DNA from: Azolla caroliniana | Taxonomy: Eukaryota > Plantae > Polypodiophyta | Length of the DNA stretch: 64,000 nucleotides | Reading direction: 5' to 3' | Assembly: GCA_043228905.1 (NCBI GenBank) | Contig: JBHGNT010000020.1 | Span: 6,944,001-7,008,000, forward strand | Part shown: positions 12,755-25,404 of the stretch, one piece after another | Numbering within the stretch: position 1 is the first letter of the stretch | Layout: every line of letters starts with the position of its first letter | Made by a program: the position numbers and the translations under genes | The notes under the pieces: model-generated | The model's database searches: none | Seen by the model: the letters and a program-made list of their open reading frames with translations, nothing else | What the model was told of the DNA's origin: nothing

Positions 12755-13906
12755 ATGGCCACTGTTAGTGCTGAAGAATATCAATCTGTTTTCTCGGAAT
12801 TTCAATGCTTGAAGGAGAAGTTCCATGCTTTGGAACAAGAAAACCAACGGTTGCTGGGGGATCTTCAGCAAATCTCCTTAGAAAAGCAGCAAACGCAACA
12901 ACAGCATGGGAAACTTGCGTTACGCATGCAACAACTCGAAGCCACCATCGTAGCGATGCAACAACACGGGCCCGGAACACAAGGGATTCATAAAGAACCT
13001 AAGATTGGCCTTCCCACGAAGTTCGATGGAACGCGATCACAGTTTAGAGGGTTCCTTAACCAGGTACGATTAGTTATTCAAATGCATCCTTCCCGATATC
13101 CCACCGATGCATCACGAGTGGGTTTAGTAGGCACTTTGTTAAGTGGCTCAGCATTGTCATGGTTCGCTCTACTATTAGAAAAGGAATCTCCGTTACTCAA
13201 CAATTTTGAAGAGTTTCTAGGTGAGTTTAAAGCATGTTTCGGAGATACTGACAGCATCAGGACCGCAATCAACAAAATCCGGCGATTATGCCAAGGTGAC
13301 CGTCCAACCTCCGCATACGCTGCAGATTTTCGCCTACTCGCCACCGATATCCCTTGGGATGATCAAGCGTTGATGGAGCAATTCCGTTATGGTTTACGCA
13401 ACGACGTCAAGGATTTACTCTTGACCTTCCCCGAAGAGCCAAAGTCCTTAACAGAAGCAATCAATCGCGCGGTGAGATGTGACAACCGCCTCTTTGAACG
13501 ACATTCGGAACGACAGCTACAGATGCCAAGGGCAAGATCAGAGCCCACCTATGCCTCAGTGGTAGCAAGACCTTTTCCGAGGGAGTCATATAATGCACCT
13601 CCAGCGAATACTCTGACTCCGATGCAAATTGACACTACACGTCGTCGAGGGCCATTATCCGAAGAAGAAAAGCAGCGACGTCGTACAAATCGACTATGTC
13701 TTTACTGCGGTGGACCAGGACATATCGCAATAAATTGCCCCCATAGGCCAAGAAGACAGGTAAACCAAATAGTCGCTAGTTCTAATTGTACTAAATCCGA
13801 GCCTATTTCAGTAGGGATATCTGATAGTCCTAATAGTACTAATATCCCAGATCTAGCAAACAAATTTGATGTCCTTAGTTAGTTAGAAGAAGAGTTAAAC
13901 GACTAA
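12755..13906 (+). pseudogene. B1 gag (coiled coil, capsid, CX2CX4HX4C knuckle)
   Basis: CLYCGGPGHIAINC. TAG at 13880-13882 is probably CAG>TAG (B2 reads [10 protein letters not shown]); likely true stop TAA 13904-13906. Confidence 0.9.
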
Positions 13907-16900
13907 GTCCAGCCAAAATAGGAGCCGTTTGGTTGGACAGCCCTAGATCTGTGCAACCCATTAGTGGTTCCATTCCCTCTAAGCAAGTTAGTGATGTGTT
14001 CGTAGCCCAAGTAATAGTTAGTACTAAAAGTACCCCTCCAGTACATGTCCTAGCACTCCTAGATTCCGGAGCTAATTCTTGCTTTATGGATAAGAAATTT
14101 GCTCAAGCTCATAAGATATCCCTAAGAAAACTCCAGTGTCCAGCCTCTGTAGTAGTCATTGATGGACGTCCCATTGCTTCCGGAAATATCCTAGAAGAGT
14201 CAGAGCCCATTAATATTGTCCTAGATAACTTAGCATGTGTAGTATCATTTAATATTATTAGTATCCCAGAACATCCTATAGTTTTAGGACTACCGTGGTT
14301 CGAGTTACATAACCCTGACATAGATTGGAGAACAAGAGAAATCCGGTGTCGACAAACCCAAGGGTCAACTCAGAAGATGGCAACCATTTCGCTACGCCAG
14401 TTGCGTAAAGAAGGGCACAAGGAGGAAATGTTCCTCTTTGCAATATCAGTAAACCCCTCCAACACCACTAAAGAAGAATCCACCGTTCAACTTCCTGAGA
14501 AGTATCGTCATTACACCGATGTGTTCGATAAAGTACAAGCCAACACACTTCCTCGTCATCGACCGTACGATTGCCCCATCGATTTACAACCGGGAAAAGA
14601 GCCGCCATGGGGACCGATCTACAATTTGTCACCAACCGAGCTGGAAGTCCTTCGGGCCTATATAGAGGAGAATTTGGAAAATGGTTTCATTCGGCATTCG
14701 AAATCTCCAGCCGGTGCGCCCATTTTCTTCGTCAAGAAAAAAGATGGATCGCTTCGTCTCGTTGTAGATTACCGTGGCTTGAATAAGGTTACAATCAGGA
14801 ATAGGTATGCTCTTCCCCTTATCTCAAGTCTTTTAGAACGGATCAATGGTGCCAGGTTCTTCACGAAGATCGACTTACGGGGAGCATATAACCTCGTACG
14901 GATCCAACCAGGAGACGAATGGAAGACCGCGTTTCGCACCAGATATGGGCACTTCGAGTATACTGTCATGCCGTTCGGCCTCACTAATGCGCCGACAGTC
15001 TTCCAGCACATGGCTAATGATATATTCCGAGATCTATTGGATGATTGTTTGATCATCTATTTGGATGATCTACTGGTTTATTCAAAGACCCAAGAAGAAC
15101 ATGATTCTCATGTACTATTAGTACTAAAACAACTTCGAGAACATGGTCTGTATGCAAAGCTAGAAAAATGTAGTTTCGGGTGCAACCAAGTGGAATTTCT
15201 CAGCTACATCATTTCATCAGAAGGCATCTCCATGGACCCAGCTAAGGTCAAAACGGTGGTAGAATGGCAGACTCCGCGTTCGGTACGGGATGTGCAATGC
15301 TTCTTAGGTTTTGCCAATTTTTACCGGAAGTTCATACAAGATTACTCAAAGATCGTTCTACCTCTCACACAACTTACCAGGAAGGGGCAACCGTTCATCT
15401 GGTCTGAAGAAACGGACATGGCTTTCGAGAGTCTTAAAAAAGCATTTACATCGGCTCCAATTCTAGCTCATGTCGATCCGGAGAAACCATTCATTATTGA
15501 AGCTGACGCATCGGATTTTGCATTGGGGAGCATTCTGTCACAACAGGGGAATGATGAAAAGCTACATCCTGTGGCTTTTCACTCACGCAAGTTTGATGCC
15601 GCCGAAATCAACTACGAAATTCATGATAAGGAGCTATTGGCAATAGTGGATTCTTTTATGCAATGGAGGCATTTTCTAGAGGGATCCTCTCATCCAGTCA
15701 CCGTATTTAGTGACCACAAGAATCTTGCCTACTTTCAGGATGCTCGTGTGCTGAATCGACGTCAAGCTCGGTGGGCCCATTTCCTCACGCGTTTCGACTT
15801 CAAAATTACATATCGTCCGGGGAGGCACCAAGGGAAGGCAGATGCATTATCACGGCGTTCGTATCTAGCACCCCGTCCCGGCGAGCCAGCTTTCGATAAC
15901 AAAAAACAAGTCATCTTGGGACCGGCACGACTACAAGCAACACAAATCTTTGACATGCCTATGGATTCCCGCGTTATCGATACCATACGTGAAAACTTGA
16001 AGACAGATGCGTTCGCTCGAGCTATACTAGCACAAATTGATCCCTCTCGAGCGTCGTGTTCACAGTCGCAACCACCAGGTACGGACTATCGGCAATTCAA
16101 ATACCATGATGGATTACTCTTCTTTAAAGAACTTTTGTATGTTCCTAATGGTTCTTGCCGCCTTCGAGTAGTACAAAACTGTCATGACACATATACAACT
16201 GGGCATTTTGGTAGTACTAAAACATTACATTTAGTACAACGATCATTCTGGTGGCCCTGTATGCGACAATTTGTCGAGGATTTTGTTCGGACTTGTGATA
16301 CATGTTGCAGAGCGAAAATGCCAAGGCATCATCCATATGGTTTATTAGAACCATTACCAATTCCAAGCAAGCCGTGGCAATCCATTGCTCTAGACTTCAT
16401 CACAGATCTTCCAGTCTCTAAGGGGTTCAATGCGATTCTAATGGTGGTCAATCGATATACGAAGATGGCTCATTTCTTGCCATGTACTAAGGAGATCTCC
16501 AGTGAAGACACTGCCGAAATTGTCATGCGTGAAGTATGTCGGCATCATGGACTCCCCGATAGTATCATCAGCGACCGTGGACCCCAGTTCGTGTCAAAAT
16601 TCTGGAAGCACTTTTTTAACATGCTCAAGGTCACTTGTAACCTCTCTTCTGGCTACCACCCACAAACTGACGGCCAAGCTGAACGAACAAATCAAACGTT
16701 GGAGCAGTATCTGCGGTGCTTTCTCAGCTATCATCAGGACGACTGGGCAGATATTCTCCACTTCGCCGAATTTGCCTATAACAACTCTATCCACGCATCC
16801 ACTAAAGTTACGCCATTTTATGCTTATACAGGATGTCACCCCCGGTGGAGTGTACTTGAAACCCCAGAGGTGTCCACAAATCCGTGCGCGGAGGATCGTT

Positions 16901-17466
16901 TGGAGCGGTTACGCAAGATACAAGCGGATTTATCTACTCATCTCTAGCAAGCTCAACAAACACACAAGGTCTACGCGGATCGTCATCGACTTCCATCTAG
17001 TTTTAATATTGGAGATCGGGTGTGGCTGCTACGATGACACATCAAGACTACTCGCCCATGTGAGAAGTTGGATTATCGGCGATTAGGTCCTTTCCGTATT
17101 ATTGGAAAGATTAATGATGTTGCTTTTCGTCTCGATCTACCTCCTCAACTTCGGGTACATCCGGTGTTTCATAGTTCTCTCTTCGAACCCTACCACGAGA
17201 GCACCATCCCAGAACGTCTTATCCAACCTCCACCCCCGATCGAGCTTGAAGATGGGCTGGAGTACGAGGTTGCCGCCATCCTTGATTCCAAGATTGTTCG
17301 CAACAAGCTCTACTATCTAGTCGATTGGCTAGGCTATAGTCCCAGCGAACGTACTTGGGAACCGATCGAGAATGTAACCAATGCTCGTGCTCTTCTTGAA
17401 GACTTCCATCGCCGGGTCCTCAATCCAAGACGACTCGTGACACTTGTCGTTTTAAAGGGGGGATAG
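13894..17466 (+). pseudogene. B1 pol in the -1 frame (PR, RT, RNase H, integrase, chromodomain)
   Basis: LLDSGA, YLDD, EADASDF, integrase HHCC and DDE, EYEVAAILDSK...YLVDW; premature stops near 16947 and 17035. Confidence 0.93.
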
Positions 17467-17761
17467 TGTCATGATATGGCAAGACTCGAACCCATGACCT
17501 TAGGTTATATGGGTCGAGCTCTTGACCATTAGACCATCTATTGTAATATGTAGGATATTATTTTCATGTACATTTTATTATAGGAAATTAGTGTATATTC
17601 CAGATTTCTCTGGAACATTCTAGAAGCTTCAAGATTACTCCTGAAAACACTATAAAAGAGGGCACTAGGCATTATGTTGAACCAAATTGGCTCAACGCCA
17701 GTCTTAAGCCTTTTAGCCGCCGTTGTATATTCTCTTCATATAATAAATATCTTTCTTATCA

Positions 17762-17812
<51 letters not shown>

Positions 17813-18323
17813 GTCTCACTCACTTCTCCCTTCTCTCGAAGAAGTTCACACCTCTCGTAGTACTAATCCTTCGTTTAGTACTAATTCCTTCTCTGTCTCA
17901 GTACTGTTCATGACAGGTGGTCGATTTGGGTGCGTCATTCCACCTAACCCCGGACAAGAAATGTTTTTCATCTTACAAAGTCGGAGATCTCGGATCTGTA
18001 AAGTTGGGAAATGAAGGAGCATGCTGAATTGTCAACATAGGAGATGTGTGTTTGGTAACCTCAACCGGGTGCAATCTTGTATTGAGAGATGTTCGACACA
18101 TTTCGGAAGTCAGATTAAATCTAATATCAGCCGATCAGTTGGATGATGAAGGCTACACGAGTAGCATCCGGAATGGAGTCATGAAGTTCTGCAAGGGAAG
18201 TCTAAACGTAGCCCAAGCCCAGAAAACCAACACATTAAACTTGATGCATGCTCGATTATGCCAAGGGGAAGTGAATGTGGTAGTCGACACAGTTGGTGAG
18301 CTGTGGCACAGGAGGTTGTGTCA

Positions 18324-21300
18324 TGTTATGGGCATGACCATTTAATATCCCGTGGTGAGAATTTACCGTAGTATTCTATACACGTGGATAAGTGTGAGGG
18401 TTAAACGAGAGTGTAAAGAAGGGGAGGATTACTTTTAATCCTCGGGATTGAGACAACCCATTAGGTCAAGTGTGAACTTGCCTGGGGGCCTTGGGTATCG
18501 CTATAAATAAGAGGCCTAGCTACCCTCATTGGATCATATTTTGACTACATCGAGACTCTGCTCTTGTGGTGGGTCAACTCTTGTAGCGAGCGCACCAGCA
18601 CCAGGTACGATTCGACGCCATGGCGGTGGTATGGGACGACGATCGAGGCTCGAGTCCGTCTCGATCCCTTCGCTCGGGGGTGGTCGGGTGGATCGGCACC
18701 CTTCTTTCTCTTTCTCCTTTCTATCTATCATTAGTTTATCCTTATCTTAAGCTTACTTTAGTACCGAGATCTCTAATATTTGGTATCAGAGCTATGTACT
18801 AATAATGTTTCTTTGTTTGTCTTTTGTCTTTTGATTGATGGTGATCGATCGATGTGCGGTCGGCCTTGATCCAGACAATGATCAACAAAGAACTTCGGTA
18901 ACTCTTTCCGTAATTTTTTTTTTCTATTCTCTCTTCTCCCATCTAATCATGTGTTTAGTTTATATGTCTTTTTTTATTATTAAGTCAATGATGTTGTAGT
19001 GGTCTTTAATTGATTATCTAAAACGTTTACATAGGTGCACGAGGTCAATACCTCGTTTAACATATAAATAATATGTGATGAGTGTCGTATGCGTACGAGG
19101 TTAATACCTCAATTACGTATTACGTTCACGAACATATGTTACGTTTGCATATGAGTTTAATACCTTGATTTGTTGTAAAGGATATGCGTTTGGTCTCGTA
19201 TGCGTAAGAGGTCAATACCTCAATTGCGTATTACGATGATCTCTTATTTGTGGATGTTTCGTGTGCGTAGACGTATATACCTCGATTACGTATCTCGATC
19301 ACATCATTTGTGGCTATTTAATATAACGATATGTTTAATATAGCCATATGTGGTCACGTATATACGTATTTGATCGTATATATGTGATAAGTAAACATAT
19401 GTGTATATTCGTTATTACGTGATTATATCGAAAGTTGTCCTCACATTTTTGTGAGAATGGCGTTGTCACCATCCCTTTTTCAACAATTTTTGATTGTTGA
19501 CAACCCCGTTGATGACCTCGATTTCATTATGTAAAGAAACGCCTATAGCCATAATGATGTTGAGTACGTAGGGCTTGACCCACTTCAAGTGAGGTCGCTC
19601 CAATGACACACGTATCCAACATCCCTCCCTTGTTACATGGATACGATGCCACCATGAGCTCGTTCTTATGAGAGGCATTCGTAATGACGTGACCATGTGA
19701 TGGACCACGCGAACCTACTACGAAACGAGGGCTCATTTGGCTTGACCATTAGGTTGCACTTTGGCGTATGCCATCGTAATTACGAGACTTGAGGTTAGGT
19801 AACGTACCAACATAGTTTTGGTAAATGAGGGCAAAATAAGGACCCTTGACATATATGTTCTTTTAAAAAAAACATATATGATCAAATGCCTCGCATATCT
19901 CTTATACGCATGAAACATTAAACATTCAAGAAGAGCAACCTACTTGGTTGGCTCAAGTGTTTAATGCATTTGTTCTTGAGGTCTCGAGTTCAAATATGAC
20001 CAAGACCATACAACATCGTTGATACATATGACTATAACACATGTTTAGACTTGAGGTCTAAGTGCACTTCGGGGTCCTCGTAATAGGACTTAAAGAGCCG
20101 AAACCACATATGTGGGCAAAGAAACATAGTTTATTGTTAATATTTTTTTCGTGTGTAAACTACTCATGACGCGAACATACATGGTTGAGCCTTGGGGAGC
20201 CGCCATGAAAAAATCGATATAGAGATCAGGGAAAGACATTAAACTGTCACCCCCATGGTTTTTAAAACACCTTTGTGTTACCATAATAACCTGATCTTGA
20301 ACCTCATCTCATACATCTAGAGGGGTATTGATGTGAGATCATGATATTGATTAATGTTTGTCCATGATATGTTTACATCACGACATGATGTTATGACTAT
20401 CTCTCTGACCTTATCCTATTTCTTTTCCAGAAATAATCTTTAATGGCTCAAATTAACGACCCGATGTCATCCGCTCAAGCGGAAGGAACTCAAGGGAATC
20501 CTCCTGGACAAATGTCCACTAAGATGTATTTGCCACAAATAACCCAATACCTTAGTTTCACCGCTCAACAGATGACCGAACTTCGGCAATCTCAAAGTGC
20601 TCTCGAGGCACGTGTCATTAGTCTACAACGTGAGACTAATAGACCTCATGAACGACAGGGTGAACCATCATTTGTCGTTAAGCCATTTACGGGAGACAAA
20701 AAGGAAAGAACCGAAGAAGCAATCTACACGTGGTTGGGCCGATGGGAGTCTCATTTTGAGCTCTATCCCATGCCAGATAGTACGAAGATTGCATATGTCA
20801 GCCAAGAACTTGGGGGTAAGGCCGCCGCCTGGTGGCGTGGGCTCCGTACTATGGGGAAATTGCCTGATACCTGGACAGATTTTGTCACGGTTTTTAAGGG
20901 CCAATTTCTGCAACCTCCCTCTCGAACTGAGTCAGCACAAGCTTTAATGAACCTCTCTAGCAGGATGTTTTCCTTGCTAGAAGACTATGTCCACCATGTT
21001 AGAACCCAAATTCAAAAATCGGGTCTAGAAGTGGACAACTGGTTAATAGCTTGTTTTGTCAATGGCATCCCCAATTCGGACTATCACTGGATAGTGCACG
21101 ATAAGGATCCAAAATCCTTCGAAGAGGCCGTTGAAATAGTTCTTCGCTATCAACGCACTTCGAAGAAGGACCACAACAAACCCAACGAAGTGCCCGGGAC
21201 TAAGCAGTTGCAATTCGTTGGGAAACGTAAGACACCCAACGAATTCATGGATCGCGATTGTAAGCGACAACATCCTTTTTGCGTATTCTGCAAAAAGAAG

Positions 21301-24300
21301 GGTCATACAAAAGATCAATGTCGAAAGCTCCAACGGAAAGAGTACGACAACAAAACTAAAGCTGCAGACCATAAAGGTCAGATTCCTAATGTCCTTCAGG
21401 TCTATACACATCATTTAAGTAATTGTCAATGTTCTTTCCCTCACTATGTATTGGGTCCCAATGATTTACTACGAGCAAACGGGTATATCAATGGATCTCT
21501 CGTACAATTTTTATTTGATTCGGGAAGCTCGCACAATTTTGTGAATGATCGTTTGGTTCAGATATGGGGAATCCAACCCACCGTAAGTGATCACACCTAC
21601 ATGGTGCACTTGGCTGATGGAAGAGTACAATACATCAACGGGGCGATTCATTCATTAGGAATTTCTATTGATACTTATATAAAGGAAGTAGACTTCCATG
21701 TAATGAATCTTTGTACCACCGATGTAATACTGGGTTATCCCTGGTTTTATAATAAAAGCTCTTCTTTATCTATTGATTGGGTTCATCATTCAATTACATT
21801 TGTACTGAACGATTGAACTCATTTGATTCAATGTGTAAAAAAACAATCCCTCTCGATTGTTTCCTCCTGTCCATCAATATCCAAGTTGTCTTGTTCTACT
21901 CTATTTTATTGTGTACTTGATCCGGACATTCACGTTTACAACATCGATAATGTCTCGGTTCAATTAACATATTTTGAACAACAACAACTTGATGAAATCT
22001 TAAATGATTTTCATGATGTTTTCCCAAGTGAACTACCTGATGGGTTACCTCATAATATAGACCATCGTATAGATATTGTACCTGGTGTTGCACCAATAAG
22101 TATACCTCCGTATCGCTTAAGTCGATCCGAAGAAGATGAGGTATCTAAGCAACTCAAGGACTATTTACGAATGGGTTATATACGTTATAGTAAATCTCCA
22201 TGGGGTGCACCAGTTCTCTTGGTAAAAAAGAAAGAGGGCACATGGTGTATGTGTATTAATTACCGACGCTTGAATAAAGTGACGATCAAGAATTCGTACA
22301 CATTGCCCCGGGCTGACGATCTAATTGACCATCTCTAGGGAGCTCGGTATTTTACGAAACTTGATCTCTGTACTGGCTACCATCAAATACGAATAAGTGA
22401 GGACGATGTTCCTAAAATGACATTTCGTACGCGCTATGGCCATTACGAGTTTTTGGTTATGCCTTTTGGTTTGACCAATGCTTCGGCTACTTTTCAACAA
22501 GAAATGAATGACATTTTCCGAGAACAACTTGGAAAATTTGTCGTTATTTTCTTGGATGATATTTTAGTTTATAGCCGTACATTAAAAGAACATGCTAGAC
22601 ATGTCTGCTTTGTTTTACAAACATTGCGTGACAAACAGTTTTATGCGAAGATCTCAAAATGTGAGTTCTTCAAGAAATCAATTACTTATCTAGGACATCT
22701 CATAACCGAACGAGGAGTTGAAATTGATCCTTCTCGCATTGAGAAAATCAAGCTTTGGCCCACTCTTCAGAATATTCGAGAAGTTCGATCATTCCTTGGT
22801 TTTGTCGGGTTTTTGCGAAAATCTCTTCGTAATTACTCCCAATTGACGACGCTGTTTACTGATCTTTTAAAAGGTCAAACACGTAAGTCTACAAAACCTA
22901 TTGTGTGGAATGCTACACTAGACCTCGCCTTTAAGGAACTCAAGGACTTGGTTTGCAAGGCTCCTTCACTTCTTTTACCTGATCCTTCAAAACCTTTTGA
23001 GGTTGAAACCGATGCAAGCGATTATGCTATAGGTGCTGTCTTGTATCAAGATGGTAAACCAATAGCATTCGAGAGTAAGAAACTTGATTCTGCTCAATGT
23101 TGGTATACCGTTCAAGAAAAGGAATTATTTGCAGTTATACATGCGCTCAAAACATGGCGCCATTATCTTTATGGAAATCGCTTTGTGGTAACTACGGACC
23201 ATGAGTCCTTGAAATATTTTTGTGACCAACAAGACCTGAAAGGTCGTAAGGCACGATGGGCTAGTCTCATCCAAGACTTTGATTTTTCCATACGATATCG
23301 TAAAGGTTCCATGAACACTGTTGCTGATGCACTAAGTCGCATCCGTGAAGTTAACACGCTTAGCTTCACTGAAATATCATCAGATCTTTATGATCACCTT
23401 CGAGGAAAGTATCCTGATGACAGTTATTTTGCAAAATACTAGGCAAGAGTTGAGTTTGGAATAGACACCACCACATCCTCGAAGGAATACTTCCACATTG
23501 CTAACGGTTTGCTCTACCGTAATGGGAAGGTTTGTGTTCCAGATTTACCCGAGGTCAAAAAGAGGATTCTTTTTGAATGCCATGATGCACCCTCAGCAGG
23601 GCACCCTGGAATACATCGTACACTTGTTCTCATCTCCACTCAATTTTATTGGCCTAAGATGCATCCTGACATACATAGCTATGTGACTAAATGTCACCAG
23701 TGTCAGGTTAACAAAGCCGAGCGACTTAAAGCCGCAGAACTTTTACATCCCTTGGACATTCCCAATAATAAGTGGGAAAGTATATCCATGGAATTTATTG
23801 TTAGCCTTCCTTGCACCCAAAAAGGTCATGATGTCATCTGGGTTGTTGTTGATCGACTAACTAAAATGGCCAAATTTATTACTACTAAAACCACGGTAAT
23901 AGCTCCTAAATTGGCTTACCAATTTGTTGACGAATTATTTCGTTTTTATGGGTTACTGATGGATATCGTGAGTGATCGAGATCCAAAGTTTACTAGTGAC
24001 TTCTGGACGCAAGTCTTTAAGAAGTTAGAAACTACGTTGAGCATGAGCTCCACGGATCATCCTCAATCCGATGGACAGACAGAACGAGTAAATCAAATTA
24101 TGGACGACATGCTTCGAGCATACGTTGGTGCAAAACCAACAAAATGGGAATGTTATCTCCCAATTTTGGAGTTTGCTTATAACAACTCTAAGCATACGTC
24201 GACGAGATATAGTCCTTTTATGTTGATGTATGGTTTTCAGCCATGAGCCCCGATTGATGTTAATATACATCATGATGAGTTGCGAAGTACGCAAAACTTT

Positions 24301-25311
24301 CTTCGGGATATGCAAGATATGTTGCATATTGCACGAGATAATATAAAAACAGCTCAAGATAGAGCGCGTTTTTATGCCGACCATCATAGGCAACGTCGGG
24401 TATTCAACCCTGGACAAAAGGTATTTTTACGTGTACCTCACAATTCTAAGACATTGTCTATGGGTAAGTGCGCTAAGTTAGCCCCACGGTTTTGTGGACC
24501 TTTTATAGTCCTCAAACGCATTGGGTCATCAGCCTATCGTCTCGCTCTTCCCGATGGTGTTGGAATTCATCCAGTCTTCCATGTGAGTCGTCTAAAAGAA
24601 CTTCTAGGTTCTGGCGACAACACAGTTACAACTGAAACTCTAGTTACTTTTGAAGATTTATCTTCGAAACCACATGTACCAGAAAGAATTCTCGATGTTA
24701 AAACAAAAAATTTACGTACTAAAGAAATTCGAGAATTTAAAATTAAATGGATGGACAAATCTATCAAAGATGCCACATGGGAATGCGAGAATACTCTAAG
24801 AACAAACTTCCCTAACTTTCCATTGCAAGAGTGCAATGTTTTAAAGAAGGGGAGTATGTTATGGGCATGACCATTTAATATCCCGTGGTGAGAATTTACC
24901 GTAGTATTCTATACATGTGGATAAGTGTGAGGGTTAAACGAGAGTGTAAAGAAGGGGAGGATTACTTTTAATCCTCGGGATTGAGACAACCCATTAGGTC
25001 AAGTGTGAACTTGCCTGGGGGCCTTAGGTATCGCAATAAATAAGAGGCCTAGCTACCCTCATTGGATCATCTTTTGACTACATCGAGACTCTGCTCTTGT
25101 GGTGGGTCAACTCTTGTAGTGAGCGCACCAGCACCAGGTACGATTCGACGCCACGACGGTGGTATGGGACGCCGATCGAGGCTTGAGTCCATCTCGATCC
25201 CTTCGCTCGGGGGTGGTCGGGTGGATCGGCACCCTTCTTTCTCTTTCTCCTTTCTATCTATCATTAGTTTATCCTTATCTTAAGCTTACTTTAGTACCGA
25301 GATCTCTAATA
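18324..25311 (+). mobile_element. Ty3/gypsy chromovirus E, full length, degenerate
   Basis: 455-bp LTRs 18324-18778 and 24857-25311 (~10 substitutions); TSD TGTCA; iMet PBS 18781-18792; PPT AAAGAAGGGGAG. Confidence 0.96.
20443..24870 (+). pseudogene. E gag-pol with several in-frame stops and a frameshift
   Basis: CVFCKKKGHTKDQC, LFDSGS, FLDD, ETDASD, integrase, chromodomain PERILD...KIKW...ATWE. Confidence 0.93.
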
Positions 25312-25404
25312 TGTCACATGAGCCCGAAGGGGATGCGAAGACTTGTCGATGATAAGCTCATTCCGGAGGTGAAGAATGTGCAACTTGAGAAGTGCACAGA
25401 TTTT

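Larger units (their letters stand above)
12323..17915 (+). mobile_element. Ty3/gypsy chromovirus B1 (Tcn1-like, self-priming)
   Basis: 5' LTR 12323-12681 (first ~100 bp missing); 3' LTR 17467-17915; PPT AAGGGGGGATAG; no tRNA PBS; gag-PR-RT-RH-INT-chromodomain. Confidence 0.95.
11373..25404 (+). mobile_element. Ty1/copia element A, fragmented outer host (internally deleted; interrupted by B1 and E)
   Basis: 5' LTR 11373-11959 (TG..CA); tRNA-iMet PBS TGGTATCAAAGC 11963-11974; gag from ATG 11976; protease VVDLGASFH at 17916; GAG-pre-integrase LWHRRLC|HMS split by E; truncated near 25404. Confidence 0.85.

Noticed and set aside
19038-19300. CRISPR array
   Set aside because: Eukaryotic retrotransposon leader, degenerate repeats, short irregular spacers, no cas genes.
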